64,000 bases of DNA from Octopus sinensis (lineage: Eukaryota). Positions 39,345 through 54,699 of the stretch are shown here, in pieces. The position numbers and the translations under genes are program-made. The notes below the pieces were generated by a model that was given only the letters and a program-made list of their open reading frames with translations, was not told the origin of the DNA and made no database searches. How positions within the stretch are numbered: position 1 is the stretch's first letter; each line of letters starts with the position of its first letter. The stretch is from the NCBI RefSeq assembly GCF_006345805.1, contig NC_042998.1, positions 199,702,001 to 199,766,000 on the forward strand. The letters run 5' to 3'.

Positions 39345-39532
39345 ATATATATAATACATAGATATATATACATATATACATATATATACATATGTATTTA
39401 TACATATATATATACATATATATATACATGCATATATATATATATACATATATGAATATATGCACGCACATATATATATATATATATATATACAAATACA
39501 TAAATATATATATGCATATATGTATATGTATA

Positions 39533-39844
39533 TATATCACGTGATCACGTGACCGACCAGGCTAGCAGATGTTGCTACACATCGCTGGTCACAATGCGCT
39601 TCGCATTGTTTTAGCCGTCAAACGACGCCACCCCGCTGGCTAAGCGAGCAGGCCAACAGAAGAAAGAGTGAGTGAAAGTTGCGGCGAAAGAGTACAGCAG
39701 GGTTCGCCACCACCACCACCCTGCCGGAGCCTCGTGGAGCTTTTAGGTGTTTTCGCTCAATAAACACTCACAACGCCCGGTCTGGGAATCGAAACCGCGA
39801 TCCTCCGACCGCAAGTCCGCTGCTCTAACCACTGGGCCATTGCG
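39533..39844 (-). mobile_element. tRNA-derived SINE family C
   Basis: Reverse-complement head gcaatggcccagtggttagagcagcggac..ggtttcgattcccag (A and B boxes). Ends ..ggtcacgtgatcacgtgata. Confidence 0.8.
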
Positions 39845-41741
39845 TATATATAAATACACACACGCACACACACACATACACACATATATATATATACATT
39901 GTTTCTGTTCATAGTCTTCCGTCTGTTTTTTACTGAGCTTCACTTTTACTCTTTGTTTGTCATTCCCCTCAGTGGTGATATTTCTTGTATCATTGGCGCA
40001 AACACAGGAGTAACACCATAGGATTTAACCCCTGTGATTTAAATCTACCACCTATAAAGGTCTTCGTATAAGTTTTACTAACCTAAAGCTATGCTTGCAT
40101 ACATACTACTAGATTGCAACCCTGCCACACTACATTCTAAAGCAGAGCATAATCTATGAGAATATTTCAGTTTCAACATTTAGGAATTAGAAGTAAAAGT
40201 ACTGGTTTTGTGTGTCTTTAGAAACTTCTCTATGTGTTCGCTTGAGATTGTAGAGAAAACAGTCGAATCTCTCTATAACCACTCACATATTTTGTTATCT
40301 TGAACAATACAGTAGATATGTTATATCTGAGTTATACGAAGAATTAACGGTGTGATTACAAACTGAAGTGGCTTTGAATGTAACTCTGCTGGAAGAGATA
40401 TAACCAGTGGCTAAAAAAGAAAAGCATAAGAACAGAACATTTTGTACTGAAAGCAGTGAGAAAGAGAAAGACAGACAGAGAGTGAGAAAAGTGTGAGAGA
40501 TAGAGAAAGAGATAGCTATAGATGGAGGAGAGAGAGAGAGAAAAAAGAGAAAAGAGAGTAAGGGGAGATGGAAGACCGAGGAAAGATAGGAAAGAGAGAA
40601 GGAAGGGAGAGAGAAAGAGAGAGCTATAGATGGAGGAGAGAGAAAAAATAGAAAAGAGAGTAAGTGGAGATGGAAGAGGGAAGAAAGATAGGAAAGAGAG
40701 CGGAGAGGGAGAGAGAAAGAGAGAAAGAGGGAGAGAGAGAGAGAGGTGAGAAGAGTGCAAAAAGCAACGTTTGGGTGTTGAGTCAATTATTTCAGATATA
40801 TATGATGCTATAATATTAATATCTATGGAATTAAATTTTACATTTATATTTAGATAATATAGTCTGAAAAATCGAGAGGACGAGATAAGCATGGTTGGAA
40901 TGCTTTTTAGTGAAACTCCGTTTGATCAGGGTTGACTTGGAGAAAAAACAACAATAACAAAAGTAAGAAGATATAAATACGCACACACCATGAAAAGAAC
41001 ATGAAAAATTGTGCTTCTCCGACGACACATGACGGTTATCGAGAGATACGATGTCTTTTCGAATATCACTGACTCCGACATTTTCGATGATGGGAAATTT
41101 GGGTTGATTTAAAAAATCGAAATAAATGTCTGATACCTTCTAATAGTTGTTAAGAATGCTGATTGACTTCCGTTAAGTTCAATGCCAAATTCTTATACAT
41201 GGTTTGTAGAGTATTGGTGCGAAAGAGTAAATTAACGGTATTTACTATATATAAAGTACTGCGTATAGCAAAGTTTTTCGGGTACTAGACTTGTTAAAGT
41301 TTCAGTGATTCTTGCGATAGTTTACTTGTGGTGGTGTACTTTTAGATGACTTATTTAAATCTTCTATGTGTTCGTAAGTTAGAAGAGAATGGATTTTATA
41401 GTTCGTTACATATACTCTGACATTTACACGAATGATGTTCGTTGAGAACACATAGAGGTAGAAAAGACCTGGGTAGGTACAAGTATATGTCTGGAACGAA
41501 AGATTGGCAGATGTGCTGAATATGGGCCATGAGAAATGATACAAACTAACAGAAGTTAAATGAGAAATGGAAGAATTGTATCAGATTTTCCCGAATGAAA
41601 ATGGTATACGTTTGGTGATGTTAGAGAAATAGAATTAGAAGCCGTTGCTACAGCAGCAAGGGAAACAGTAGGCACATAAACAACATGTTAATTAATTATT
41701 AACCGATGGCTGTTGATCAGTTGACGATTCTTCAATGAGAC

Positions 41742-41976
41742 TAAGGCGGCGAGCTGGCAGAAACGTTAGCACGCCGGGCGAAATGCGTAGCCGTATTTCA
41801 TCTGTCGTTACGTTCTGGGTTCAAATTCCGCCGAAGTCGACTTTGCCTTTCATCCTTTCGGGGTCGATAAATTAAATACCAGTTACGCACTGGAGTCGAT
41901 GTAATCGGCTTAATCCGTTTGTCTGTCCTTGTTTGTCTCCTCTGTGTTTAGCCCCTTGTGGGTAGTAAAGAAATAT
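41742..41976 (+). mobile_element. SINE family A, full length with TSD
   Basis: TSD attcttcaatga(g/a)ac at 41727-41741 and 41977-41991. Confidence 0.92.
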
Positions 41977-43890
41977 ATTCTTCAATGAAACCGATGGCCT
42001 ATTTTCAATGCTCACAATGTTTACACGTGTAAAACAGTCTGGGTACCAGATATGTAAACAGACTTAAATGTAACCACGATGGAAGTAATTTCTGACTGTG
42101 AAAGATTCAAGTCTTTGGATAACGATACTGATAATAAAGGGGTACTTCACATTTTAAATGTGCTTGGTTGAAATTTGAAGTTTGGGCTATTAAATAAAAG
42201 TCCAGATGCTATGAAATATTCGCTAAAATATCTCTCTTCGGCCCTATTAAGTGAGAAATGGTACTCGTTATTTCATCTTCATCTATCTTCATATCAGTCC
42301 AGATCAATGGATTATTCAAAGCTATGTTCAAGGCTGTTCTGGCGATTTCGATTCTGTTCTTTAGTACCATCTTAGACAATTTTATTTAAATTGTCTACTC
42401 AATACCTTATAGATCATTTTACGAGAATACAAGCTTTCATTTCCTGGAGATTTAGCGTCCTTGTAAGGGCAACTTTATTGGATCATAACGTGCTGTCCTA
42501 GTTTAGTTTCAAAGGAACACTCATTGTGTATATTTATTTCAAACCATTTTAGCCACAACAATCCTATTGTACTTTCAAAACTTATTTTCCCTTTTACAAG
42601 ACAGTACAGGTCTAGTTGAGGGGAAATTAGCTGCTTTTTCCTGCAGGTGAGCGACGATAGTGTGAATACCATGGTTCGTTGCACCTCATTCACGTATTAG
42701 TTTTATATTTCATTTTTCTAGTTATATTTTCAAGTCTTTTTCATTTCATATTTCATTTTTTTTTTAGTTATATTTTCTAATTTTTCGGATCCGGGGAGAC
42801 ATATGATGTAACATTAACCGCGACAAGATTTGAAATCCAAAACTAGAAACATAAAAGAAAATAAATAACGAATAGACTTAAATATATCACTGTGCATTAC
42901 TGTCCACTTCCGTCTTTGTTGCTATTACACATACTTGACAATTTCTTATACAAAAAATGGCAGCTTATAATGAACATACCCGCTGAAATACTATAGTTTA
43001 ACACAATTATGTTGATCTTTGAATAGACACAATTTGATGGAGATACGAAATACGTTAATTTTTTTAATACAATATTAGACAATCTATATCATCATTATTA
43101 GTGTCCATTTTATCACTTTTTTAAATATTACACATATGTATATAAATGTGTGTGTGTGTGTGTGTGTGTTTGTATATATATATATATATATATATATAGA
43201 TATATATATATATGTGTGTGTGTATGTATGTATGTATGTGGATGCACAGAGATACATGCATATACACAATCATAACCTTTTATCAAATTACATAGATATA
43301 AAAAATAGAAGACATTTTCTGCAAATACGCAATATAAGTATTCTGTATCTGTTGAAACATCTTTCAATGCAGAATAGTATTCGTTATCTAAATGCTCATT
43401 AAGCTTGATGTCAAACACAGCTTACGAGATGCTGCAGAACCAACACTACTCAGAGACTATTGAACTACACCAAAACCATCCGTTGTTAACAAACGAAGGT
43501 TTGAATACATGTAATTAATAAGTGTTCACCTTCTGTGTAGTGTGATATTGTTAAAGTCGAACAAGACATACTCTAGAGCACACTATTGTGATTCTGGCCT
43601 TACTTATTTGTGTTTGTTCTGTTCTTGCGTACGTGGAACCACATTCACGACACATAACAAAACTTTAGTTTATATACACATGCATTGACTTGTGTACAGC
43701 CTCCCCAAGACACACAATCATAGATGCACAGAAATACAGACCTACATTTAAATATATTGTAATGAAAGATTTGTAAAACATACTAAAATATACTTACGTA
43801 GTGTAAATATCTTCAAAAGGTTGGGTGGTGTGGAGATTTACTTTGATATTATCAAAAGTTTCCGACAATCTTCTCCAAGTTTGCCACCAG

Positions 43891-45078
43891 TCCGGTGGGA
43901 CTGAAAAGTTCATAGATTGACTATAAAGAAATGATTCTAGAGCTGAGAGATCTTGCATCTATTAAGTTCAACACTTCTTATTAATAAGTGCATTAATTCT
44001 TTGAAATTAAACAACTCAGTGTTCAAATAAAACTTCAAAAGATAACGACTTCTCTTGAAAACGGGAAAAAAATTAACATCGTGGTGTTAGCAAGTACCTG
44101 TCATAAAACGGTTTAGTCCCCAAGGACATTCATGCTGACATGGTTACTACATCAGGGGATGACGCTCCTTTTTTTATCAACAGTGCCAAAGTGGGCAGCT
44201 GAATTTAGGATGAGAAGGGAGTGATTTGAAGATGACTCAAGGTCTGGACGTTCTGTAGCAGCCACCGCAGAGGAGAACAGTGATCGTGTTCTCCACACAT
44301 TGATGATGACAGGCGATTGACTATAAATCATATAGCCGATGTCATTAGCACATCTCATGAACGAGTAGAAAATACTAAGGTTACAGCTCGGTAGGTGACA
44401 CGTCATCTGACACGTAATCGAAAGTGCACTAAGCTGATCACATCACAGGAAAATCTAACGTACCAAGCTGGTTTCCTTGAATTTTTCCTAACCCGGGATG
44501 AGTGTTGGGTTTCTTAGGTTGGACCAGGGTCAGAGACACTCCATACAGGAGATATACCCTTCCTCACTTGATCCAAAGAAGAGCAAAACCGTTTCGTCTA
44601 CAGTAAAATTGATAGCCATTTTTTTTGTGGGGGTGATGTAAATGGAAGCGTGTTTATTGACCATCTTCAAAAAGACCACACCATCAATGGTGAGACAGAT
44701 AATAAAGGTTATCAAGTCCAAACAGCCAGGAAAACTGATGAAAATGTCTTGTTTCTTCATGACAATGTTTCAAAGTGCAAGTCCTTGGTTTCGATGACAG
44801 CTGTGTGAGATTGTAGCTTTAAACGGATTATCCCTATTCTCCTGATTTGGTTCCATCTCCCTATCATATGTTCCCAAACACGGAATAAAAAACTTAAGTA
44901 GGAACCAGTATCGCAGTGATAATGATGTTATATCTACTGTTGATGACTTTTTGACCAACCCAACCCGATGACAGAAGTATGAGAACCGCAGGGGGCGTTG
45001 TTGAAAGATAAACCTCATTCGGTAACATTCCATGAGAATATCTTGATCAGCCTATGAACTTTTCAGCCGATCGTCGTA
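43891..45078 (+). mobile_element. Mariner transposon, near full length, decayed
   Basis: TIRs ctgaaaagttcatag.ttga / tca.cctatgaacttttcag. Remnant PKDIHADMVTTSGDDAP..STVPKWAAEF..EDDSRSGR..DDRRLTI, plus LHDN and PYVP-like C-terminal motifs. Confidence 0.88.
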
Positions 45079-46545
45079 CACACACACACAAAGACACACA
45101 CAGACACACACACACACATACACACACAGACATGCACACGCACATACTGTCGATTTCACATATTTAATGTATGTGTGTAAAGGACGTTTAGGCTGCGGTA
45201 ATTCCTCCAGAGAAGTTTACTTTACATACGTTTAGAGATTGAGTGTTAAAAAAACCACATATACATCAAAGCCAAGAGGAACTGTTCACATCAGAGGTGA
45301 ACGGGAGAGATGGATATCAATATGTCACTGTTAGTGTAGCGCATGATCGCTGTGTACAGGACACACCCTCTAAAAATTCTAATCGCTATCCTTAAGTATA
45401 TGGAGAATAAAATCAATATGTTGTCTAATAGTGCTGCGCAAGTAAATCAAAAATTTGATTTTGTGTTAGGAATAGCGCCAGAGGTGAACAAGAACTACAA
45501 ATATCGGAAGTTTGTTTTTATTTCTGCTCGATCCACCCTGAGACGCTTCACCTGACTCAAATATATAGTGTTTTTAAGACTTTTGTTATTTCAATGCTTT
45601 AACGGCTTTAATGGACGAATTAGTGCAGCCTAAAAGCATGTAATAGCACAGAAATATTAAGTATGTAACATCGATAACACTGTAACACGAGTTTTGTCCT
45701 TGAATAGCAGCTGTTATTTTCTCTTTTTCTTGCCCATAGAAAGAATGAAATATAGTTACATTTCCTTCAAACTTTGTTTTTGTTAGAACATTTATTTAAA
45801 ACCCAAATCATTCCTCTCAACATATGGCTATGACATTCCCCACAACTCATGCTCATGATCAGTGATGCACACATTATCAGCCACTGGGGGACATAGTCAA
45901 GTTGATGAGGTCAAACAACTGACAAGCAAGTCTGTGGTATTGATCACAATAATTGCCAAAACGATATTTCTGATTCAGCAACTCAGCACTGAATCCGCCT
46001 GAAATATTTTGAAAAATAGGTCAGTTTCCAGACATTGATATCCAGGTCGCAAAAGCAATGTATGAAAGGAAGTGTAGACATTTTCTTTGATGTCTAGCTA
46101 AAAGTAATTAGCTGTGATGTTTACATTTAAGAACTGTTTCTAGCACACAATTTACAAAAGACCATTCTACGCTCACACACGCGTGCACACACCCACACAA
46201 ACAAACACACACACAAACACACACACGCACACACACGCACACAAACACACACACACAGACACACGCACACACACCACACACACACACACAAACACACACC
46301 CACGCGTACAAAAAGTAACCAATTATGGCTTACAGTTTGGAATTTTTCCTTTGAAGGAAAGCATCGCAGAAAGTTCCAAGATTATTTTATGCAAAGCGAT
46401 TTTTTCAGTGTCTTAATGCATATTTACACATCGCTAAAATAAATTTCCATACATTTTTTTACAATAAACAGTAAAAAGTGCAAACACTTGATGTAACAAA
46501 TGAAAACAAACATCACATACACACACACACACCACACACAATTAT

Positions 46546-46588
<43 letters not shown>

Positions 46589-46639
46589 TATATATACATA
46601 TATACATATACATATATATATATACATATATATATAATG

Positions 46640-46787
<148 letters not shown>

Positions 46788-46987
46788 CATGCATACGTAG
46801 GTGATGTACTCTCCAGCTTTCCTATGATGACCTGGTCGAAATTCGAACCCAAATCTTTATTTGACTAATGGGGCACTATGTCCTCATTCCTAAGGTTTAA
46901 TTTTTTCTTTTGCTGATGTTATATTGTTGATATTATTTCCCAAGTCCCTAGTTTTGAATGTTTCAGCATTCCCCATCTTTGAATTTA

Positions 46988-47370
46988 ATTACCTCCGCCA
47001 AGGAAAGAGGTTATGTTCTCATCGGCGTTGCTTTCTCCGTCTGTCCGTCTGTGTGCAAAATAACTAAAAAGGTTTTGAACGTTATTTGATGAAACTTACA
47101 GAAAGTGTTGATAATGACACAAGAAATAGATGATGAAACTTTGGTAGTGATCTGGGAATTTTTATGAATTCTTGCAGGATTTTCCATTTGTTATATTTAC
47201 TTTAGATGAAGTATTACAATGTTACGTTCTTTGATTATCTCCCTTGAAAACACGTTCATCGTTTTCACATGGTGGCGTTGATGTTTCCAAAGTTTATTTT
47301 CATTTCTCTATTAGTAATTTTACTCGCGTATCTATCTTAAGATGAGCTGCTTGGCGGAGGTCTGCGGAGG
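46988..47370 (+). mobile_element. Helentron-type / DINE-1-like non-autonomous element
   Basis: 12-bp subterminal inverted repeat acctccgccaag (46991-47002) / cttggcggaggt (47350-47361), a gtctgtccgtctgt microsatellite next to the 5' repeat, T-rich flank. Confidence 0.7.
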
Positions 47371-47752
47371 ATGACATGACAAGCCTTGACTATTGGGATC
47401 ATCTCAAAAAGTCCAGGCTTTGCTCGCCCCCACCACTGCTGTGAGCTCTACATCATCTGTGTGATGTAGAAAATATTTCATCAACTTTGCCCATCTTTAA
47501 AATTCGTCCGAGTCTTGTCCACCGTGCCGTCCGTCCACTACAGAAATGTTCATGTCGTATCACAACACTATGACAGAACTACTTCACCTCAATTGGCCCT
47601 GCTCACTTCAACATCGTGCCAGACATACATTAAGGAGGAAAGTGACTTCCCTTTCGAAATTACTCCTTATAGTGGTTTGTAGTTTAGCTACTCTTTCTAG
47701 TGAGTCAGATGTCTTGTTATGGCCATCTCTCAAGTGTTTAAATGTGCATTGC

Positions 47753-47866
<114 letters not shown>

Positions 47867-48877
47867 CACACACACATGTATTTTCAGAGTTATTTACTTT
47901 GAATTGTTATTATCGCATATGTGTTTAGTCTGTTATTATGTAACATGCTTCACGATTCTAGTATACATACCTTATTAGTATATCCTCCTTATTAGTATTT
48001 CTGCAACATTAAATCACTTTTCGATGCTATTTTATTTCAATTCTTACTAGCGGGTAACGAATTTCATGTTATTATATAAATGACTTCACAATTTGGGTAT
48101 TCATAACTTATTGGGAAATCCAAAAAAGAAGATCCTGTGTAAGACATTTTCGGTATTCTCTGTAAATGTACAAAAACAATTTCAAGGGCTACATACTTTG
48201 TATTGTTGTTATTGGATTAGCGGAACAGTTATGAGATCGGACCCAAGGGATAAGGTCTGGTTTTCCGGGAAGTACCGGGTACGTCAGCTAGTATGTAGTA
48301 TATATATATATACACACACACTCGCTCACGCACACACATATATTAGCTACTCCCAGAAGTTCTAGCATTTGTCTATCCTCAACCTCTCTGGTTTGATTCT
48401 ACATGATAATCATAACTGAGTGCAGCATTGCAGACAAATCAGTGGAAAGAATTACTGTTTGAATTATTGGCATGATTTTTAGACATTCCATGTTATTTTC
48501 CTGTACAGAGAAACAAATTCTGTGTCAAGATGCATTTTCGAAACAATGCTAAGATCAATTATTTGTCTATGTCGTTTCATGTGTTACGTATTTCGGCTTC
48601 AAACTGTTTTACTCTATCTCCTCATGCGTTCTCACGCATCACTTTCACCGGTTCAGACCCTATCAACTCTATCCAGAATTTTTATAACAAATCTGAACTC
48701 ACAACTTTTTTCCTTATACACGAAAACTATGAAAATTTATTTTGGGGGTCATCTGATTGAGGCAAGATTCTCGTTTGTTCTATTTGTCATGTTCTCGCTT
48801 GGTTCCAGATTTTCGCCTATTCAGTGATCACTACGCATGTTTTGTATTTAACCACGATATGCGTACAATAATTTGTG

Positions 48878-48922
<45 letters not shown>

Positions 48923-50171
48923 GATGCGGAAATATTTGTTATTTCCATATTTCCATACTAAAGGAATTTAAACATTCAATCCGGAGTTGGACCAACACGA
49001 ACTATTTAAAAAAATTATTACATATTGTAAAAGAAAGAGACAATTGTTTGGGGGGCATTTTCTATAGACTGTTTTTCAAAAGCTGTCACGAATCGATAGA
49101 AAATGAAAATTGCTCGTACTGAACTCCTGTGTAGTAATATAAACCCCGTTATTTTTCTTTTTCTAAATGTATGTCATTCTTTTTCCCCCACCACGTCTTA
49201 GTGTCATACCATCTTGCAACACTCAGTGGTTCTCAACTTAAAAAAAAAATCACCATTCAATACATATATGAGTGAGGATAAAAACAAAAGTATATCTCTT
49301 GACATTCAGCAAATATGTAACATTTGAAAGAAATTTATGTTTCATTTCTTTTTCAATGCGAATTTTTTCAGTGAACGAATACATAGGTACACACACACAC
49401 GCTCACAAGCACACACATGCACATGTATTTATACTAATTTTACTCTGTTGATTCAACATTTTTCTGCATCTATAACGTGCAATGTTTTTGAATTTTGGAA
49501 ATCTTATTGCTGAATATATTTTGCGTTAGAGTACGCAGAAAAATTGAAACAGGGCAATGTCAAATCACATTAAGTGGAAAGTATAAAGATACTTATGTTC
49601 ATATGTAAAAACAATCACTGTATATTGTGTTTTCTTTACCCAGTCCCTCTCACCACGTTCGTATATGCTTACCGTCATATATATGTATCTATTTTTCTAT
49701 TTCGTTACATAGACATATACCTATATATATAAGCATCTATCTATCATCTATCTATTTATCTATCACTTTCAATCAGTCTGTCCGTCTGCGCGTGTGCCTG
49801 TCTCTCTCTCTCCATGTATACATTCATGGGGGCGCGCGCACTCACACACGCACACGGACAGACACAAACACATTAAGTTTAGCTGAGTTTATAGTTATTT
49901 TCAATACGTCACGTATTTTCGTGATTTTCTGTCTACATCTAATAACTTAAAGAATACAGACTAGAAGAAGAATTATAATTGTGATTATGAGCGATACCAG
50001 CACCAAATTTAACGACAGCATCAACTGCAGAAAGACGAAGAAACCCAAGAATAACAAAGAATATGATAAACATTTAGAAAACCACCACAAAATTATACCC
50101 ACCTTTAACTTACTTTAAATTACATATTATGAATATTGCTCCAGGCACAGAATACATGACATGATATATAT

Positions 50172-50284
<113 letters not shown>

Positions 50285-50422
50285 CATATATATATGTATA
50301 TATATGCATATATGTATACTTATATATAATATATAATATATATGTATATGTATACATATATTATATATATATATATTATATATTTACTAGTATACATATA
50401 TACATACATATATGTATATCTA

Positions 50423-50497
<75 letters not shown>

Positions 50498-51004
50498 TAT
50501 ATATATATAATATATATCTATACCCCAAAACTGAGACAAGAACGCATCAGACAGCAATAACACTTTCGGACAGATAGACGATACAAGGACGGACAGAAAA
50601 AAACAACAAAAAGACGACAGAAATAAGCAAAGATGAGTCATTTGCAGTCTTCTTTCAACAGTGAAGTTTCCATATCGTCCTTACACTTTTGGCCGATTAC
50701 ACTTGAGACTGTTCAAATCTAGCAGACCCAAGAAATCTAGACTAAGGGCATTAATATTTGGTGGAGAAAGAAAGCCAATGTATACGATGACAATGACAAA
50801 AAAAAAGTAATAATAAAACGCGAAAAATGTTAGACTGTCTTTCGACCAATAAAGACGAATCGAAATGAGTTGAGGTGTGAATAAGGAAAGCCTAGAGGCA
50901 CATAGGAGTTGGCCATTTTTACCCTTAACCCTGTTTGTTCTTGTGCTTGTGCGTATGTAGACGTATGTATGAACATTTATGGTGCGCGTGTGTGTGTATG
51001 AGTT

Positions 51005-51048
<44 letters not shown>

Positions 51049-51474
51049 TATACATTGGGCGAAAAATGCGAGTGAAGATGTGTACGTTTTCATAGTGATC
51101 TATGCGTACGCACGTGTTGTGCCAGCGCACATCTGTACGTATGAAGAGGCACGCTTAAGTGTTTACTATTAACTTTTAACCTCATCTTAATTAGCGGTCA
51201 TTCGAATTAGCGCTTTTGTATAAGTAGCGGTCTATAAAACAGTAATTTCCCTTTCTATAACGGTTTTTTGTCATAGCGTTTTTCAGATGGCCAGATAACC
51301 GAAAAGATGATGGTGTGGATTTCCAACCCGGCATCCGAAACTCAGAATTTTATCTTGGCTACCGAAAAATTTTCACATATTATTTTACAGATACATTCTT
51401 CTATATCCATAATATTGAGGTCTCTTTCTTTTGTTATCTTACCGTTTTTACCAATATATATATATTATATATAT

Positions 51475-51518
<44 letters not shown>

Positions 51519-51701
51519 ACTTGCATATATACATTATACATATACATATATATATATATATATATATGAATAAATGAAAGAATGGAGTCGAACGAAGATG
51601 TTAACAAAATTCCTTTACTCTCGACGTGAATTTGCTACCCAGGTTTCGGTTAACGAATTTTCCATGCTGACGATAAACATAGGATAATTCATTCACCTAC
51701 T

Positions 51702-51797
<96 letters not shown>

Positions 51798-52452
51798 ATA
51801 TGTATATACAATTATATATATATATATGTATACTTACATATGTATTTGTATGCTTATGTATGTATGCAATTATGTATATAAAATTTATTTCGATTTACAG
51901 ACACTGAAATAAATATGCGCTTGATGCTACAGGAATTACTTCTATTAACAGTTCAAGTTTAAGTAATATTCAAGTTTGGGTGTGTAGGCCGATAACCATG
52001 ATTCTATAATTTGTTGTAGTACCGTGTTAGATACTTTTAGATAAAAAGTGAAAAAATGCATTGAGAAGTAGCAAGGAGACTAAAATAACTTTTTGAACAC
52101 ACCAGAATGCCTTGTGATTATTGTAAACAAATTTAGCCAGAGTAAAAGATTGTAGTATCCTAGCGATTATGCCCTACATAACTTTGGTCCGCTGAATGAA
52201 GTCTAAGTTACCAAATCGGTTGGATATCAGATTGAAATTCACTGCCCGTCAAAGGAACGCAAAATATTAAATTGAAAGTTACGATCCTCCGTTTGCGTTA
52301 AATTACTTGACGAAATTAGGGAGTGTTGTTTATTAGATGCTATGTAAAAAAGAACTTACAATATTCTTCTCAGGAGAAAAACGGTGTGCACGCGCATCAC
52401 ATATACATATACATACATATATACATAATACTTACATAACATACATGAATAT

Positions 52453-52490
<38 letters not shown>

Positions 52491-52527
52491 ATGTGTATGC
52501 GTGTATTTCTATATATGTATGTATATA

Positions 52528-52529
<2 letters not shown>

Positions 52530-52592
<63 letters not shown>

Positions 52593-52925
52593 TAATAATA
52601 ATAATAATGATAATAATAATAATGATAATAATAATGATAACAATAATAATAATAATAATAATAAGAAGAAGAAGAAAAGAAGAAAAGAAGAAGAAGAAGA
52701 AGAAGAAAAGAAGAAGAAGAAAAAGAAAGAAGAAAAGAAAACAGAAGAAGAAAAGAAAAAGAAGAAGACGAAGAAGGAGAAGAAAAAGAAGAAGAAGAAG
52801 AAGAAGAAGAAAAGAAGAAAAGAAGAAGAAAAGAAGAGAAGAAGAAGAAAAGAAAAAGAAAATAAAAAGAAAAAAAAAGAAGAAGAAAAGAAAAAGAAAA
52901 GGAAGAAAAGAAGAAGAAAATAGAA
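52530..52925. repeat. (AAT)n followed by (AAG)n
   Basis: Directly visible. Confidence 0.95.
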
Positions 52926-53329
52926 ACAGGAATGGAGACTGCTTATACAAAAAAGTCAGAGGTTGAGAAGAAGTGGGATGCGAACCGAACTGTACTTGCA
53001 TGTCGGGTCAGAGGTAAACCCAGTAGAAGGGAACTCTGACAACACATGAAGGCAAAAAGGAATGAAATAGGACACTTGGAGATAAGTGAGCAACGGTTAG
53101 CCGTCCATGCATATGCAACAAGAACAAAACGATGTTTAACAGACATAGAACTTATAGAGATAAATAGGGAAGGAATGTAGAAAACGGTAATACTTCACCA
53201 GCGGATAAAGTACACGGCGGGGACAGAGAAATAGACGGCGGCCCTGAAAACGTAGAAGAAAATGTAAATGCAAATGTTTCGTTTTGGGATTTGGTTTGCA
53301 AGATTCTTTATATGAGTTCGTGTGTTGAA

Positions 53330-53546
53330 GCATATTCTGTTGTGTCTGGGGGGAGTCATTTTCTTTTTGTGCCTTATAATGTAACACACTCAGCGGTAAA
53401 ATTTCCACTTTTTTCTTATTTAAAAAAAAATTATTTTTATATTTATTTTTAATTTTATAAGAAAAAAGTGGAAATTTTACCGGTGAGTGTGATACTTTCT
53501 AAGGCAAAAAAAGAAAATGACTCTCCGCGGACACAACAGTAAATGC
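53330..53546. repeat. Inverted repeat: ~90-bp arms, ~37-bp AT spacer
   Basis: gagtcattttcttttt..gccttа-type arm ..cggtaaaatttccacttttttcttat mirrored by ataagaaaaaagtggaaattttaccg..aagaaaatgactc. Confidence 0.85.
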
Positions 53547-53569
53547 AAAGGCATTTTCAACAAATGAAG

Positions 53570-54160
53570 CAGAAGTAATGGGAAGAGCTATATCACAAGG
53601 ATACAATGATGATCAACATGACATAGGATAATGTGCCGATATATTAGAGAAGAGATGGATCAAGGAAATCCAAATCTGAGGTGCATTGGTCAACGCGAGC
53701 TCATGCATTGGTCAACGCGAGCTCATGCATTGGTCAACGCGTGCTCAAAGTTGATATCGAAAGGATAGAGTCTTTGGACTATTCCAGACAGGAAATATAA
53801 CCGAAACTAACAAGACTATTTGGGTCTCTGAGTTGAATACAAAAGAAGAGAACAAACAGAAGGTAAAAAACCATACAAGCGTAGAGGAATTTCTGAGAAT
53901 CGATGTGATAAAGACATTTAGGACAAGTTGATAGACAGAAAAGAGGGGAATAGCAGAAAGAAAGTATAAGAATAATGCTGGAAAGAACATATAGAATAAG
54001 AAATAAAGGGTTTGATAGGATTTTAGAAGAACTGAAGCAAAGAGTAGTAGTAATCAAAGCAAAACTGGAAAGATATGACAGTAGAAAATGAGTTCAGGTA
54101 AAACATTGTTTGAAGTAAATCAGAAAAAAACGGTTTCAAGAACTAGACGAGCACTTACAC
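53570..54160 (+). mobile_element. R4/Dong ORF fragment upstream of the RT
   Basis: NITETN..L, and LEELKQRVVVIKAKLERYDSR..LFEVNQKK. Contains a 22-bp triplication at 53682-53747. Confidence 0.65.
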
Positions 54161-54164
54161 GTAA

Positions 54165-54680
54165 CAATAAAAAGAAATTGAGAAATGCCCTCCATTAGGC
54201 ATTTGCGATATTCTGAACGCCTTAATTCCATGGGCATGGATACATTGAAATTTCGACGTTTGGCAGCTGACTTGGGAGACACCCATAAAATTATCAACCA
54301 ACTTACTAACAATAACTCTGAGCACCTTTTCAAACTCCACCTGTCTAACACCCGTGGACATGTTTACAAAGTCAGAAAACAGCACAGCTCCCTCCATGAC
54401 TTCAGGAAACACTTTTTTCATGCTAAGAGTTGCTGAAGCATGGAACAAACTGCCGGCATCAGTTGTTAGTTGTCGGAGCGCTGCATCCTTCAAAACTTCC
54501 ATGCTTCCTGAGATTCGCCAACACTACACCTGATCTTTCTCCCCTCCATACACACGCAAGCATGTATCTGACTCATACACTGTTCGCTTCACAGACATTT
54601 GTACATTACTGCATATGCTTTATATGCACTTTTGACAAGTTGTGGTGAACCTGAGCACTGTATACAATAATTTCATTACA
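54165..54680 (+). mobile_element. CR1 LINE 3' end with UTR
   Basis: LRYSERLNSMGMDTLKFRRLAADL..TRGHVYKVRK..RKHFF (frameshift) LRVAEAWNKLPASVVSCRSAASFK. Confidence 0.88.
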
Positions 54681-54699
54681 ATTCTTTAAAAAAAAATAT

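Noticed and set aside
47390-47720. Additional mariner fragment
   Set aside because: Too degenerate to assign by eye.
53682-53747. CRISPR-like array
   Set aside because: Contiguous repeats without spacers, in a eukaryotic LINE context.
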